From Comamonas sp. lk (GTDB lineage Bacteria > Pseudomonadota > Gammaproteobacteria > Burkholderiales > Burkholderiaceae_C): a DNA stretch of 49,326 nucleotides. Where the stretch lies: the NCBI GenBank assembly GCA_945875225.1, contig CAMCJY010000001.1, forward strand, positions 1 through 49,326, read 5' to 3'. The position numbers were made by a program, and so were the translations under genes. Of this stretch, positions 39,316 through 48,316 are shown one piece after another; the stretch's first letter is position 1; each line of letters opens with the position of its first letter. The notes beneath the pieces were generated by a model. It did no database searches and had not been told where the DNA came from. It saw only the letters and a program-made list of their open reading frames with translations.

Positions 39316-40776
39316 ATGATCTCTCGCGAACCCACCCTTGAACGCCTGGCCACCGCCAAATCCCTGTTACTAACGCCTTTTGGCCTTGACGAAGGCCACC
39401 TCAGCCGCGCCTTGGCCGAAATCAAAGCGCATAAGGTGGACGAAGCCGACCTGTATTTTCAATACACCCGCTCCGAAGGCTGGAGCCTGGAGGAGGGCAT
39501 TGTGAAAACCGGCTCGTTCAGCATAGACCAGGGCGTAGGGGTGCGCGCGGTCAGTGGCGAGAAAACCGCTTTTGCCTACTCGGACGATATTTCGGAAGCC
39601 GCACTGCTCGATGCTGCGCGCACGGTGCGCAGTATTTCGCAAGCGGCCAGCCAGCGCCGTATCAGCGTGAGCAAACCCAAGATTGCGCGTAGCCGCTCGC
39701 TCTACCCCGACCAAGACCCCATCGCCACCATGGACAGCGCCGCCAAAGTGGCTTTGCTAGGGCGGGTGGAAAAACTAGCCCGTGCCAAAGACCCGCGTGT
39801 GTTGCAAGTAATGGCTGGCCTGGCCATGGAATACGACGTGGTGCTGGTGGCGCGTGCAGATGGTGTGCTGGCCGCCGATGTGCGTCCGCTGGTGCGCTTA
39901 TCTGTGACCGTGATTGCGGAACAAAAAGGCCGGCGCGAAGTGGGCTCCTCGGGTGGCGGCGGCCGTTTTGGTCTGGCGTATTTTGACGATGCGCAAATCA
40001 GCAAATACGTGGATCAGGCGGTGCATGCAGCGCTCACCAATTTGGAGGCGCGCCCTGCACCGGCAGGAGAAATGACCGTGGTACTGGGTTCGGGCTGGCC
40101 AGGCATTTTGTTGCACGAGGCCATTGGCCACGGCCTGGAAGGCGACTTCAACCGCAAGGGCTCCAGCGCATTTAGCGGGCGCATTGGCCAGCGCGTTGCA
40201 GCCAAAGGTGTGACGGTACTGGACGACGGCACCATGGCCGAGCGGCGCGGTTCGCTCAATGTCGATGACGAGGGCAATACCAGCGCGCGCAATGTATTGA
40301 TTGAGGACGGTATTCTCAAAGGCTATATCCAAGACGCCATGAATGCGCGCCTGATGGGTGTGGCACCTACTGGCAACGGACGGCGTGAGAGCTATGCCCA
40401 TGTACCTATGCCGCGTATGACCAACACCTATATGTTGGGTGGGGACAAGGCGCCAGAGGAGATCGTACGCAGTATCAAAAAAGGCCTGTACGCCGTCAAT
40501 TTCGGTGGCGGTCAGGTGGACATCACTTCAGGCAAATTTGTGTTCTCGGCCAGCGAAGCCTATTGGGTGGAAAACGGCAAAATTTTGTACCCGGTCAAAG
40601 GCGCGACCCTGGTCGGCAGCGGACCGGACTGCTTGAAACGGGTCAGCCTGATCGGCAATGACATGGCCCTGGACAGCGGCGTGGGCACCTGCGGCAAAGA
40701 CGGCCAAAGCGTGCCCGTGGGCGTGGGGCAGCCGACCTTGCGCATCGATGGTCTGACCGTGGGCGGTACCGCCTGA
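39316..40776 (+). CDS. tldD: Metalloprotease TldD
   Basis: HEAIGHGLEGD, PRMTNT, CGK.GQSVPVGVGQP. Confidence 0.97.
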   Translation: MISREPTLERLATAKSLLLTPFGLDEGHLSRALAEIKAHKVDEADLYFQYTRSEGWSLEEGIVKTGSFSIDQGVGVRAVSGEKTAFAYSDDISEAALLDAARTVRSISQAASQRRISVSKPKIARSRSLYPDQDPIATMDSAAKVALLGRVEKLARAKDPRVLQVMAGLAMEYDVVLVARADGVLAADVRPLVRLSVTVIAEQKGRREVGSSGGGGRFGLAYFDDAQISKYVDQAVHAALTNLEARPAPAGEMTVVLGSGWPGILLHEAIGHGLEGDFNRKGSSAFSGRIGQRVAAKGVTVLDDGTMAERRGSLNVDDEGNTSARNVLIEDGILKGYIQDAMNARLMGVAPTGNGRRESYAHVPMPRMTNTYMLGGDKAPEEIVRSIKKGLYAVNFGGGQVDITSGKFVFSASEAYWVENGKILYPVKGATLVGSGPDCLKRVSLIGNDMALDSGVGTCGKDGQSVPVGVGQPTLRIDGLTVGGTA

Positions 40777-40819
40777 TACATCAAGCCTGCGTAAGACCTG
40801 CTGTGTTACATTCATGCTT

Positions 40820-40888
40820 ATGAAATCTCAGCGCTTTTACTTTAGCTACTTTTGGTTCTCCAACGCCCCCGGCGTGAGAGGGTTCTGA
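40820..40888 (+). CDS. Aromatic-rich attenuator leader peptide (22 aa, MKSQRFYFSYFWFSNAPGVRGF)
   Basis: 7 of codons 6-13 are Phe/Tyr/Trp; directly upstream of a terminator and DAHP synthase. Confidence 0.85.
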   Translation: MKSQRFYFSYFWFSNAPGVRGF

Positions 40889-40922
40889 ACGCAAGCAGTA
40901 AAACAGCGTACCGAATTCCCCG

Positions 40923-40950
40923 AACCGCCGGCCACCCCGGCGGTTTTTTT
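40923..40950 (+). terminator. Attenuator terminator upstream of DAHP synthase
   Basis: AACCGCCGG-ccacc-CCGGCGGTT with a T7 tract, 40 nt before the ATG. Confidence 0.88.
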
Positions 40951-40990
40951 ATGCCTTATTTTTTGAACTACCTGTAAGAGGAAATCTGCA

Positions 40991-42094
40991 ATGACCGCCA
41001 GCGCCGACCGCACCAGCATTACCGATGACGAACGTATCAAGGACATTACCGTGCTGCCGCCCCCCGAACATTTAATCCGCTTTTTTCCCATTAGCGGCAC
41101 GGCCGTGGAAGCCCTGATCTCAGCTACCCGCAAGCGTGTACAGAACATGATGAACGGCAAAGATGACCGCCTGCTAGTCATCATCGGTCCCTGCTCCATC
41201 CACGATCCCGCAGCCGCGCTGGACTATGCCAAACGCCTCAAAGAACAGCGCGACCATTACGCCGACACGCTGGAAATCGTGATGCGGGTGTACTTTGAAA
41301 AGCCGCGCACCACCGTGGGCTGGAAAGGCCTGATTAACGACCCCTATTTGGACGAAAGCTTTCGCATCGACGAAGGTCTGCGCATCGCGCGCCAGTTGTT
41401 GATCGACATCAACCGCCTGGGGCTGCCCGCAGGCAGCGAATTTTTGGATGTGATTTCACCCCAGTACCTGGGCGACTTGATTGCCTGGGGCGCCATCGGA
41501 GCGCGCACCACCGAGAGCCAGGTGCACCGCGAACTGGCCTCAGGCCTTTCAGCACCTGTCGGCTTTAAAAATGGCACCGATGGCAATATCAAAATCGCTA
41601 CGGACGCAATCCAGGCAGCAGCCGGTGGCCACCACTTTTTATCGGTGCACAAAAACGGGCAGGTGGCGATTGTGCAAACCCAGGGCAACCCGGATTGCCA
41701 TGTGATTTTGCGCGGCGGCAAAGCGCCCAATTACGATGCGAAAAGCGTAGAGAGCGCCTGCCAGAACCTGGCTAAAGCGGGCCTGACGCAAACCCTGATG
41801 GTCGACTGCAGCCACGCCAATAGCAGCAAACAACACCAAAAGCAGTTAGAAGTAGCCCGAGACATCGCGGGGCAGCTGGCGCAAGGTTCGACCCGGATTT
41901 TTGGCGTGATGGTGGAGAGCCATTTGAACGCCGGAGCGCAAAAATTTACGCCGGGCAAAAACTCGGTGGCCGACTTGCATTACGGCCAAAGCATTACCGA
42001 TGCCTGCTTGGGTTGGGACGATTCGATCAGCAGCCTAGAGACCTTGTCGCAATCCGTGAAAGCGCGCCGGGTGCGCCGCAGCACGGTGGCCTGA
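40991..42094 (+). CDS. aroG: Class I DAHP synthase (AroF/G/H family; isoenzyme not resolved)
   Basis: GPCSIHD, RVYFEKPRTTVGWKG, IGARTTESQVHRE, DCSHANS, SITDAC. Confidence 0.95.
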   Translation: MTASADRTSITDDERIKDITVLPPPEHLIRFFPISGTAVEALISATRKRVQNMMNGKDDRLLVIIGPCSIHDPAAALDYAKRLKEQRDHYADTLEIVMRVYFEKPRTTVGWKGLINDPYLDESFRIDEGLRIARQLLIDINRLGLPAGSEFLDVISPQYLGDLIAWGAIGARTTESQVHRELASGLSAPVGFKNGTDGNIKIATDAIQAAAGGHHFLSVHKNGQVAIVQTQGNPDCHVILRGGKAPNYDAKSVESACQNLAKAGLTQTLMVDCSHANSSKQHQKQLEVARDIAGQLAQGSTRIFGVMVESHLNAGAQKFTPGKNSVADLHYGQSITDACLGWDDSISSLETLSQSVKARRVRRSTVA

Positions 42095-42154
42095 ATACCG
42101 CCAGGACAGGCTGCGCCGAGGCCCAGTGTGGCCTGGCTGGGCTTGCCTGCGCGC

Positions 42155-43564
42155 TTAAGGTGAGGCCGGCGCAGCCCGCTGCAAGGACTGAAGCAACTTG
42201 GCGTGAATGCCGCCAAAACCGCCGTTGCTCATGCACACTAGGTGGTCGCCTGGCTGCGCCGCGGCGCACAACTGATCAATCAGCGTGTCCACGGACTCGG
42301 CAACCCTTGCGCGCGCGCCCATAGGCGCTAAGGCCTCTTGCGCGTCCCAGCCCAAGCCGCCGCTATGGCAAAAAGCCAAATCCGCCTGCTCCAGACTCCA
42401 GGGCAGTTGCGCTTTCATGGCGCCCAGTTGCATGGTGTTGGAGCGCGGCTCGAACACCGCGAGAATGCGCGCCGCGCCCACCTGGCGACGCAAGCCATCC
42501 AGAGTGGTGCGTATCGCGGTAGGGTGGTGCGCAAAATCGTCGTACACCGTCACCAAGGGCGCACTTTGCCGCCCTGCCAGTGCGACGCGTCCACGCACTT
42601 CCATGCGGCGTTTGACATTTTCAAAGTGCTGCAAAGCCAAAGCTGCACGCGCCGGGCGCACGCCCAGGTGCTCTGCCGCCGCGATAGCGGCCAGGGCGTT
42701 GAGCTGGTTGTGTACGCCGCCTAAGGCCCATTGCACCCGTGCGACCTGCGCGCCCTGTTGGAGTACCACGAAATCTTCGGGGTCGCCTTGTGCGGAGAAA
42801 TCGCTAACTGCCGCACCAAAACTACGCACCTCGCTCCAGCAACCCATTTGCAACACACGCGCAAGACTTTCCTCCAAGCCATTGACCAGCACCCGTCCGT
42901 TGGACGGCACCGTGCGCAGCAAATGGTGGAACTGCCGCTCAATCGCCTGCAGGTTCTCAAAAATGTCGGCGTGGTCGAACTCCAGGTTGTTCAGAATGGC
43001 GGTGCGCGGGCGGTAATGCACAAACTTGCTGCGTTTGTCAAAAAACGCGGTGTCGTATTCGTCCGCCTCGATCACAAACGGAGCGCCCCGCCCCAGGCGG
43101 GCCGAAACGCCGAAGTTCAAGGGCACGCCGCCGATCAAAAAGCCTGGCTGAAGACCCGCCTGTTCCAAAATCCAGCCCAACATTGCGGTCGTCGTGGTTT
43201 TGCCATGGGTACCGGCGACCGCCAGCACATGGCGACCGGCCAAGAGCTGCTCAGCCAGCCACTGCGGTCCGCTGGTATAGGGCAGGCCCTGATCCAAAAT
43301 CGCCTCCATCAGCGGGAATTTGGCGCTGCCGTCGGTGTGCCGAGCACGGCTGACCACATTGCCCACCACATACATGTCCGGCGCCAGGGCCAGCTGGTCG
43401 GCAGCAAAGCCTTGCATCACCTCGATGCCCAGCTCGCGCAATTGATCGCTCATCGGTGGGTACACACCGGCGTCGCACCCCGTCACCCGGTGGCCAGCCT
43501 CGCGCGCCAGTGCCGCCAGCCCGCCCATAAACGTGCCGCAAATCCCCAATATGTGTATGTGCAT
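42155..43564 (-). CDS. mpl: Murein tripeptide ligase
   Basis: [49 protein letters not shown]. Confidence 0.97.
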   Translation of the reverse strand: MHIHILGICGTFMGGLAALAREAGHRVTGCDAGVYPPMSDQLRELGIEVMQGFAADQLALAPDMYVVGNVVSRARHTDGSAKFPLMEAILDQGLPYTSGPQWLAEQLLAGRHVLAVAGTHGKTTTTAMLGWILEQAGLQPGFLIGGVPLNFGVSARLGRGAPFVIEADEYDTAFFDKRSKFVHYRPRTAILNNLEFDHADIFENLQAIERQFHHLLRTVPSNGRVLVNGLEESLARVLQMGCWSEVRSFGAAVSDFSAQGDPEDFVVLQQGAQVARVQWALGGVHNQLNALAAIAAAEHLGVRPARAALALQHFENVKRRMEVRGRVALAGRQSAPLVTVYDDFAHHPTAIRTTLDGLRRQVGAARILAVFEPRSNTMQLGAMKAQLPWSLEQADLAFCHSGGLGWDAQEALAPMGARARVAESVDTLIDQLCAAAQPGDHLVCMSNGGFGGIHAKLLQSLQRAAPASP

Positions 43565-43678
43565 CACCGAATTTTACCGGCCACTCCCACCCACGCAGGG
43601 CCATTTGCGTGCCCGCATCGCTGGCGACTATGCAGCCAGCAACGCTTGTCAGGTGCCTCATCGGTGCACAATGCAGCC

Positions 43679-44281
43679 ATGAACAGCATCAAAGCGGAAA
43701 TAGCGGCGGTGGCGGCGCGCTCAGTGGTGGAGGAAGGGCTGGACTTCGGCGCGGCCAAGCGCCGTGCGTCCCAGCAACTCGGCCTCTCGCCCCGCCAGAG
43801 CCTGCCTGACCACGAAACCATGGAACAAGCGGTGCAAGACTACATCGCTATCTTCTGCCCTGAAAGCCAGGCGCAGGAGCTTGGCGTGCTGCGCGGTATC
43901 GCAATGGACTGGATGGAGCGCTTATCCGGTTTTCAGCCCCATCTGGGTGGCGCGGTCTGGCGTGGCACGGCCACCCGCCACTCGGACATCTACCTGCAGT
44001 TATTCTGCGAAGACTCCAAAATAGCCGAAATTACCTTGATCGATAGGGGCGTGCGCTTTGCGGTCAGCCGAGTCACCGGTTTGCATGGCGAGACCGTCGA
44101 TGCACTAAGCGTGCAAGTCTGGTGTGAGGCGTTCAAATCCTATATTGGCCTGCACTTGCTTGTGAACGACTTGGATGGTATTCGGGGCGCGCTGCAATCG
44201 GGCGCGCAGGGGCGGCGCTGGCGGGGTGACGCCAAGGCCTTGCGAACTTTGATGGACAATGGCGCGCATGCAGCCATCTGA
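43679..44281 (+). CDS. Conserved hypothetical protein, nucleotidyltransferase-like fold
   Basis: EIAAVAAR...AKRRA N-terminus; GAVWRGTATRHSDI; start ATG 43679 (upstream part of the tracked ORF is an mpl antisense shadow). Confidence 0.75.
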   Translation: MNSIKAEIAAVAARSVVEEGLDFGAAKRRASQQLGLSPRQSLPDHETMEQAVQDYIAIFCPESQAQELGVLRGIAMDWMERLSGFQPHLGGAVWRGTATRHSDIYLQLFCEDSKIAEITLIDRGVRFAVSRVTGLHGETVDALSVQVWCEAFKSYIGLHLLVNDLDGIRGALQSGAQGRRWRGDAKALRTLMDNGAHAAI

Positions 44282-44819
44282 TCTACCCACACCCGTGCCC
44301 GCCGCGCCGCGCCGCCGCTGGGCGTTGGGAGCGCTTGCGGCGACCGCCCTGGGCGCCGGTATTGCCGCCGCATGGTGGCGGCATCGCCCCGCGCAGGATG
44401 CCGCACCGGCCGGCTTATGGGCGCGCCAATGGATCAGCCCGCAGGGCCAGAACTTTGATATGCAAAGCTTTCAGGGACGACCGTTGCTGGTCAATTTTTG
44501 GGCTACCTGGTGCCCACCGTGTATTGAGGAACTTCCCCTAATCGAGGCCTTTTATCAACAAAACAAAGGCAACGGATGGCAAGTTCTTGGATTAGCCGTC
44601 GACAAACCAGAACGTGTGCTTACTTTTTTAAAAACCAGTCCGCTGTCCTTTGCGATTGGTATGGCCGGAATCGAAGGCACTGAGCTAAGCCGGGAGTTGG
44701 GTAATTTGACAGGAAGCCTGCCCTTTACCGTCGTGTTCTCCAGCGATGGCCAGATCGCCCAGCGCAAACTCGGGCGCATAGTGCAGCAGGACCTGGACCA
44801 GTGGCGTGGCTTAAGATAG
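44268..44819 (+). CDS. TlpA-family thiol-disulfide oxidoreductase
   Basis: N-terminal anchor, VNFWATWCPPC..E.P, LPFT. Confidence 0.92.
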   Translation: MQPSDLPTPVPAAPRRRWALGALAATALGAGIAAAWWRHRPAQDAAPAGLWARQWISPQGQNFDMQSFQGRPLLVNFWATWCPPCIEELPLIEAFYQQNKGNGWQVLGLAVDKPERVLTFLKTSPLSFAIGMAGIEGTELSRELGNLTGSLPFTVVFSSDGQIAQRKLGRIVQQDLDQWRGLR

Positions 44820-44970
44820 CGGCTATAAAGGCCTAATGCGCCAACGGCCTTATGCCGTTTTATGTATCAATTTAAGCTACGTTAGAATGTTTTAAACAAT
44901 TTTAAGTATTTTTATACGCGTTCGACGCGACGGCATTGCCAATCGGCCCTGTCAAATGCAAGGAGGATCC

Positions 44971-45429
44971 ATGGATTTACGCAAACTGAAAACTCTGATC
45001 GACCTGGTCTCCGACTCCAATGTGTCGGAGTTGGAGATTACCGAGGCCGAAGGCAAAGTAAGAATCGTCAAAGGCTCGCAAGCGGTCGTCCATAGCTATG
45101 CACCGGCCACGGCGGGTACGCCGCACACGCAGATTGCGCCCCAGGGCGCACCACCGGCAGCGCCTGCTGAAGCTTCGGCGCCCGAGGTCAGCGAACTGCA
45201 CACCGTCAAATCGCCGATGGTGGGCACTTTTTACCGCTCCTCTTCCCCCGGCGCCAAAGCGTTTGTGGATGTCGGCGACATGGTCAAAGAGGGCGAGACT
45301 ATTTGCATTATTGAAGCCATGAAGATTCTCAACGAGATTGAAGCGGACAAATCTGGCAAAGTGGTTCAGGTGTTGTGTGAAAACGGTCAGGCAGTGGAAT
45401 ACGGGCAAGCCCTGTTCATGATCGAATAA
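44971..45429 (+). CDS. accB: Biotin carboxyl carrier protein
   Basis: [19 protein letters not shown]; AGGAGG RBS. Confidence 0.98.
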   Translation: MDLRKLKTLIDLVSDSNVSELEITEAEGKVRIVKGSQAVVHSYAPATAGTPHTQIAPQGAPPAAPAEASAPEVSELHTVKSPMVGTFYRSSSPGAKAFVDVGDMVKEGETICIIEAMKILNEIEADKSGKVVQVLCENGQAVEYGQALFMIE

Positions 45430-45438
45430 CGCCAAGCC

Positions 45439-46788
45439 ATGTTTAAAAAAATCTTGATTGCCAACCGTGGCGAAATTGCGCTGCGCATCCAGCGCGCCTG
45501 CCGCGAGTTGGGCGTTCGCGCCGTGATGGTGTATTCAGAGGCCGATCGCGACGCGAAATACGTGCGACTGGCTGAGGAAGCAGTCTGTATCGGACCGGCG
45601 GCATCGAGCCTGAGTTATCTGAATATGCCGGCCATTATTTCGGCCGCCGAAGTGACGGACGCTGAAGCCATCCACCCCGGCTATGGCTTTTTAAGTGAAA
45701 ACGCCGATTTCGCCGAGCGGGTAGAAAAAAGCGGTTTCCAATTCATCGGGCCGACCCCTGATTGCATCCGCATCATGGGTGACAAGGTATCGGCCAAACA
45801 GGCCATGATCCGCGCCGGCGTCCCCTGCGTTCCCGGCTCGGAGGGCGAGTTGCCCGACGACCCCGTCCAAATCCGCCAGATTGCAAAAAGTGTGGGTTAC
45901 CCGGTCATCATCAAGGCGGCCGGCGGTGGCGGCGGCCGCGGCATGCGCGTGGTGCATACCGAAGCGGCGCTGATCAATGCTGTGGCCATGACCAAGGCGG
46001 AGGCCGGGGCAGCCTTTGGTAATCCTGCGGTGTACATGGAAAAATTCCTCCAAAACCCGCGCCATATTGAAATCCAGATTTTGGCCGACTCTTTCAAGAA
46101 CGCGGTGTATTTGGGCGAACGCGATTGCTCTATGCAAAGGCGGCACCAGAAGATTCTCGAGGAGGCGCCTGCGCCCGGCATCAACCGCAAGTTGATTGAA
46201 CGTATCGGTGAACGCTGCGTTACCGCCTGTAAAAAAATGGGCTACCGCGGTGCGGGTACTTTTGAGTTTCTGTACGAGGCCGGTGAGTTTTATTTCATCG
46301 AGATGAACACCCGCGTGCAGGTGGAGCATCCGGTGACTGAGATGATTACTGGCGTGGACATCGTCAAGACGCAGATCATGGTGGCCGCGGGCGAAAAACT
46401 GCCTTTTACCCAACGCCAGATCACCATTTCCGGGCATGCCATCGAATGTCGCATCAACGCCGAAGACCCCTTCAAATTCACGCCTTCCCCGGGTCGTATC
46501 ACCACCTGGCACGCGCCCGGTGGGCCCGGTGTACGGGTGGATTCGCATATTTATTCCAATTATTTTGTGCCACCCAATTACGACTCCATGATTGGCAAAC
46601 TCATCGTCCATGGCGATACCCGTGAGCAAGCAATGGCGCGCATGCGCACCGCTTTGCTGGAAACCGCGGTTGAGGGCATCAGTACCAATATCCCCTTGCA
46701 CCGCCAGCTCATGGTGGACGCCAAGTTCATGGCTGGCGGCACCAATATTCACTATCTGGAGCATTGGCTTGAACAGCACAAGCGCTGA
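45439..46788 (+). CDS. accC: Biotin carboxylase
   Basis: [45 protein letters not shown]. Confidence 0.98.
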   Translation: MFKKILIANRGEIALRIQRACRELGVRAVMVYSEADRDAKYVRLAEEAVCIGPAASSLSYLNMPAIISAAEVTDAEAIHPGYGFLSENADFAERVEKSGFQFIGPTPDCIRIMGDKVSAKQAMIRAGVPCVPGSEGELPDDPVQIRQIAKSVGYPVIIKAAGGGGGRGMRVVHTEAALINAVAMTKAEAGAAFGNPAVYMEKFLQNPRHIEIQILADSFKNAVYLGERDCSMQRRHQKILEEAPAPGINRKLIERIGERCVTACKKMGYRGAGTFEFLYEAGEFYFIEMNTRVQVEHPVTEMITGVDIVKTQIMVAAGEKLPFTQRQITISGHAIECRINAEDPFKFTPSPGRITTWHAPGGPGVRVDSHIYSNYFVPPNYDSMIGKLIVHGDTREQAMARMRTALLETAVEGISTNIPLHRQLMVDAKFMAGGTNIHYLEHWLEQHKR

Positions 46789-46795
46789 AGCAAGC

Positions 46796-47677
46796 CTGTA
46801 TGAATTGCGCCTGGTGTGCCCGCAAAGCCAGGTCGAAACCTTGAGCGATGCCTTGCAAGCGCTGGACGCCCTGAGCGTCAGTGTGGAAGACGCCGACGCC
46901 GATACTAAGGCGGAGCAAGCTTTGTTTGGCGAACCGGGCATGCCAGCGCCGCGGGGCGGATGGGAACGCTCGGTGGTGCTTGCGCTCTTTAGCGAGCAAA
47001 GCCTGGCGCTAGAGGCCGGCCGGCTATTGCAAGCACAAGATTTTTTTGAAAGCTGCTCGCTGCAAGGTGTGACTGAGATCGCTGACCAGGACTGGGTGCG
47101 GTTGACACAAGCGCAGTTTGCGCCAGTGGAGATTACGCCGAGTTTTTGGATCGTGCCCAGTTGGCACCAACCCCCGACTGGCGCCAGCCACAGCATTGTG
47201 CTCGACCCAGGCCTGGCCTTTGGCACGGGAACCCACCCCACCACGCGCATGTGCCTGCGTTGGATCGCCCGTAATCCGCTACCCGCGACGGTGTTGGACT
47301 ATGGCTGCGGTTCAGGCATTTTGGCTATCGCTGCGGCCAAATTCGGCGCTAGCGCGGTCTGCGCGGTGGACATCGATACGGCGGCGGTGCAGGCCACACT
47401 GGACAATGCCAACAACAATAGCGTTACGCTGACTGCCGGTTTACCCGATGCGGCCACGGGCCGCTATGGCCTGGTGGTAGCCAACATACTGTCCTCGCCC
47501 TTGAAAGTGCTGGCCCCGCTTTTGTGTAGTCTGACGCACAGCGGCGGCCGTTTGCTCTTGTCCGGCATATTGGAGCGACAGGCTGAGGACTTGCAAGCCG
47601 CCTACGCGCAGTTTTGTCAATTGCAGGTCTTGGATACACAAGAGGGCTGGATCCTGATGAGCGCGACTTTGGATTGA
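46796..47677 (+). CDS. prmA: Ribosomal protein L11 methyltransferase (start codon atypical)
   Basis: DPGLAFGTGTHPTT, LDYGCGSGIL, VANIL, LSGIL; follows accC; no in-frame ATG at the expected start (CTG 46796 or TTG 46805). Confidence 0.93.
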   Translation: MYELRLVCPQSQVETLSDALQALDALSVSVEDADADTKAEQALFGEPGMPAPRGGWERSVVLALFSEQSLALEAGRLLQAQDFFESCSLQGVTEIADQDWVRLTQAQFAPVEITPSFWIVPSWHQPPTGASHSIVLDPGLAFGTGTHPTTRMCLRWIARNPLPATVLDYGCGSGILAIAAAKFGASAVCAVDIDTAAVQATLDNANNNSVTLTAGLPDAATGRYGLVVANILSSPLKVLAPLLCSLTHSGGRLLLSGILERQAEDLQAAYAQFCQLQVLDTQEGWILMSATLD

Positions 47678-47806
47678 AAAGCCGACCCGAGAGTGCGCCC
47701 AGATTCTTACTAGCCTGCCCGGCGACCCGTATGGGCATGCGAATGGGTAGCAGCACTTGCGCCAGCGCATGCCCTGCAAGCGGAAAATCTCAGTGGAAAC
47801 AGCATG

Positions 47807-47841
47807 AAAAAAGCCCAGCACGCGCGAAGCATGCCGGGCTT
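47807..47841 (-). terminator. Intrinsic terminator after the histone-like gene
   Basis: Minus strand AAGCCCGGCA...TGCTGGGCTT running into T6. Confidence 0.7.
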
Positions 47842-47861
47842 GGGTTCGAAGCTGCAATAAA

Positions 47862-48146
47862 TCAGGGCTTCGATGCGCTCGGGAAAGGCCAGGCGGCCTT
47901 AGGGTTGAGCTTGGTCTGCGCCGCAGGAGCAGCAGGCTTCGCAGGTGCTGCCTTCTTAGCCGGTGCGGCTTTCTTCGCAGGTGCGGCTTTCTTCGCAGGT
48001 GCGGCCTTCTTAGCCGGTGCGGCTTTCTTCGCAGGTGCTGCCTTCTTAGCCGGTGCGGCTTTCTTCGCAGGTGCTGCCTTTTTAGCCGGTACGGCTTTCT
48101 TCGCAGGTGCCGCTTTTTTTGCGGCTGGTTTTTTTGCAGTTGCCAT
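47862..48146 (-). CDS. Histone H1-like Ala/Lys/Pro repeat protein (94 aa)
   Basis: AAGGAG RBS; 10 AKKA(A/V)P repeats; C-terminal LNPKAAWPFP. Confidence 0.9.
   Translation of the reverse strand: MATAKKPAAKKAAPAKKAVPAKKAAPAKKAAPAKKAAPAKKAAPAKKAAPAKKAAPAKKAAPAKKAAPAKPAAPAAQTKLNPKAAWPFPSASKP
47925..48122 (-). repeat. 18-bp coding tandem repeat (10 copies plus 1 degenerate)
   Basis: Units such as GCGAAGAAAGCCGCACCT and GCTAAGAAGGCAGCACCT encoding AKKAAP. Confidence 0.92.
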
Positions 48147-48316
48147 GACTATCTCCTTGATCAATTTACAAAGAGCACTTTTTGCCGATCTTTTTGACAA
48201 AAAGAGATCCATGTGGTTGGGTTGGTTCCCAGCAACATGAACGGGGGGTCACAGTCCACAGGCAGTCGGGGTACGCCGCCACGGAACCGTGAGATTGAGA
48301 AACAGGACTCAAAGCA

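Noticed and set aside
42731-43678. N-terminal 316 aa of the 516-aa tracked ORF
   Set aside because: Antisense to mpl; the real gene starts at ATG 43679
47733-47774. GGGCATGCG/CGCATGCCC inverted repeat after prmA
   Set aside because: Single copy with no U-tract; plausibly a generic 3' hairpin or chance in GC-rich DNA
47614-48240. 208-aa plus-strand ORF with GAAFFA repeats
   Set aside because: Reverse complement of the AKKAAP repeat; the RBS and terminator support the minus-strand gene
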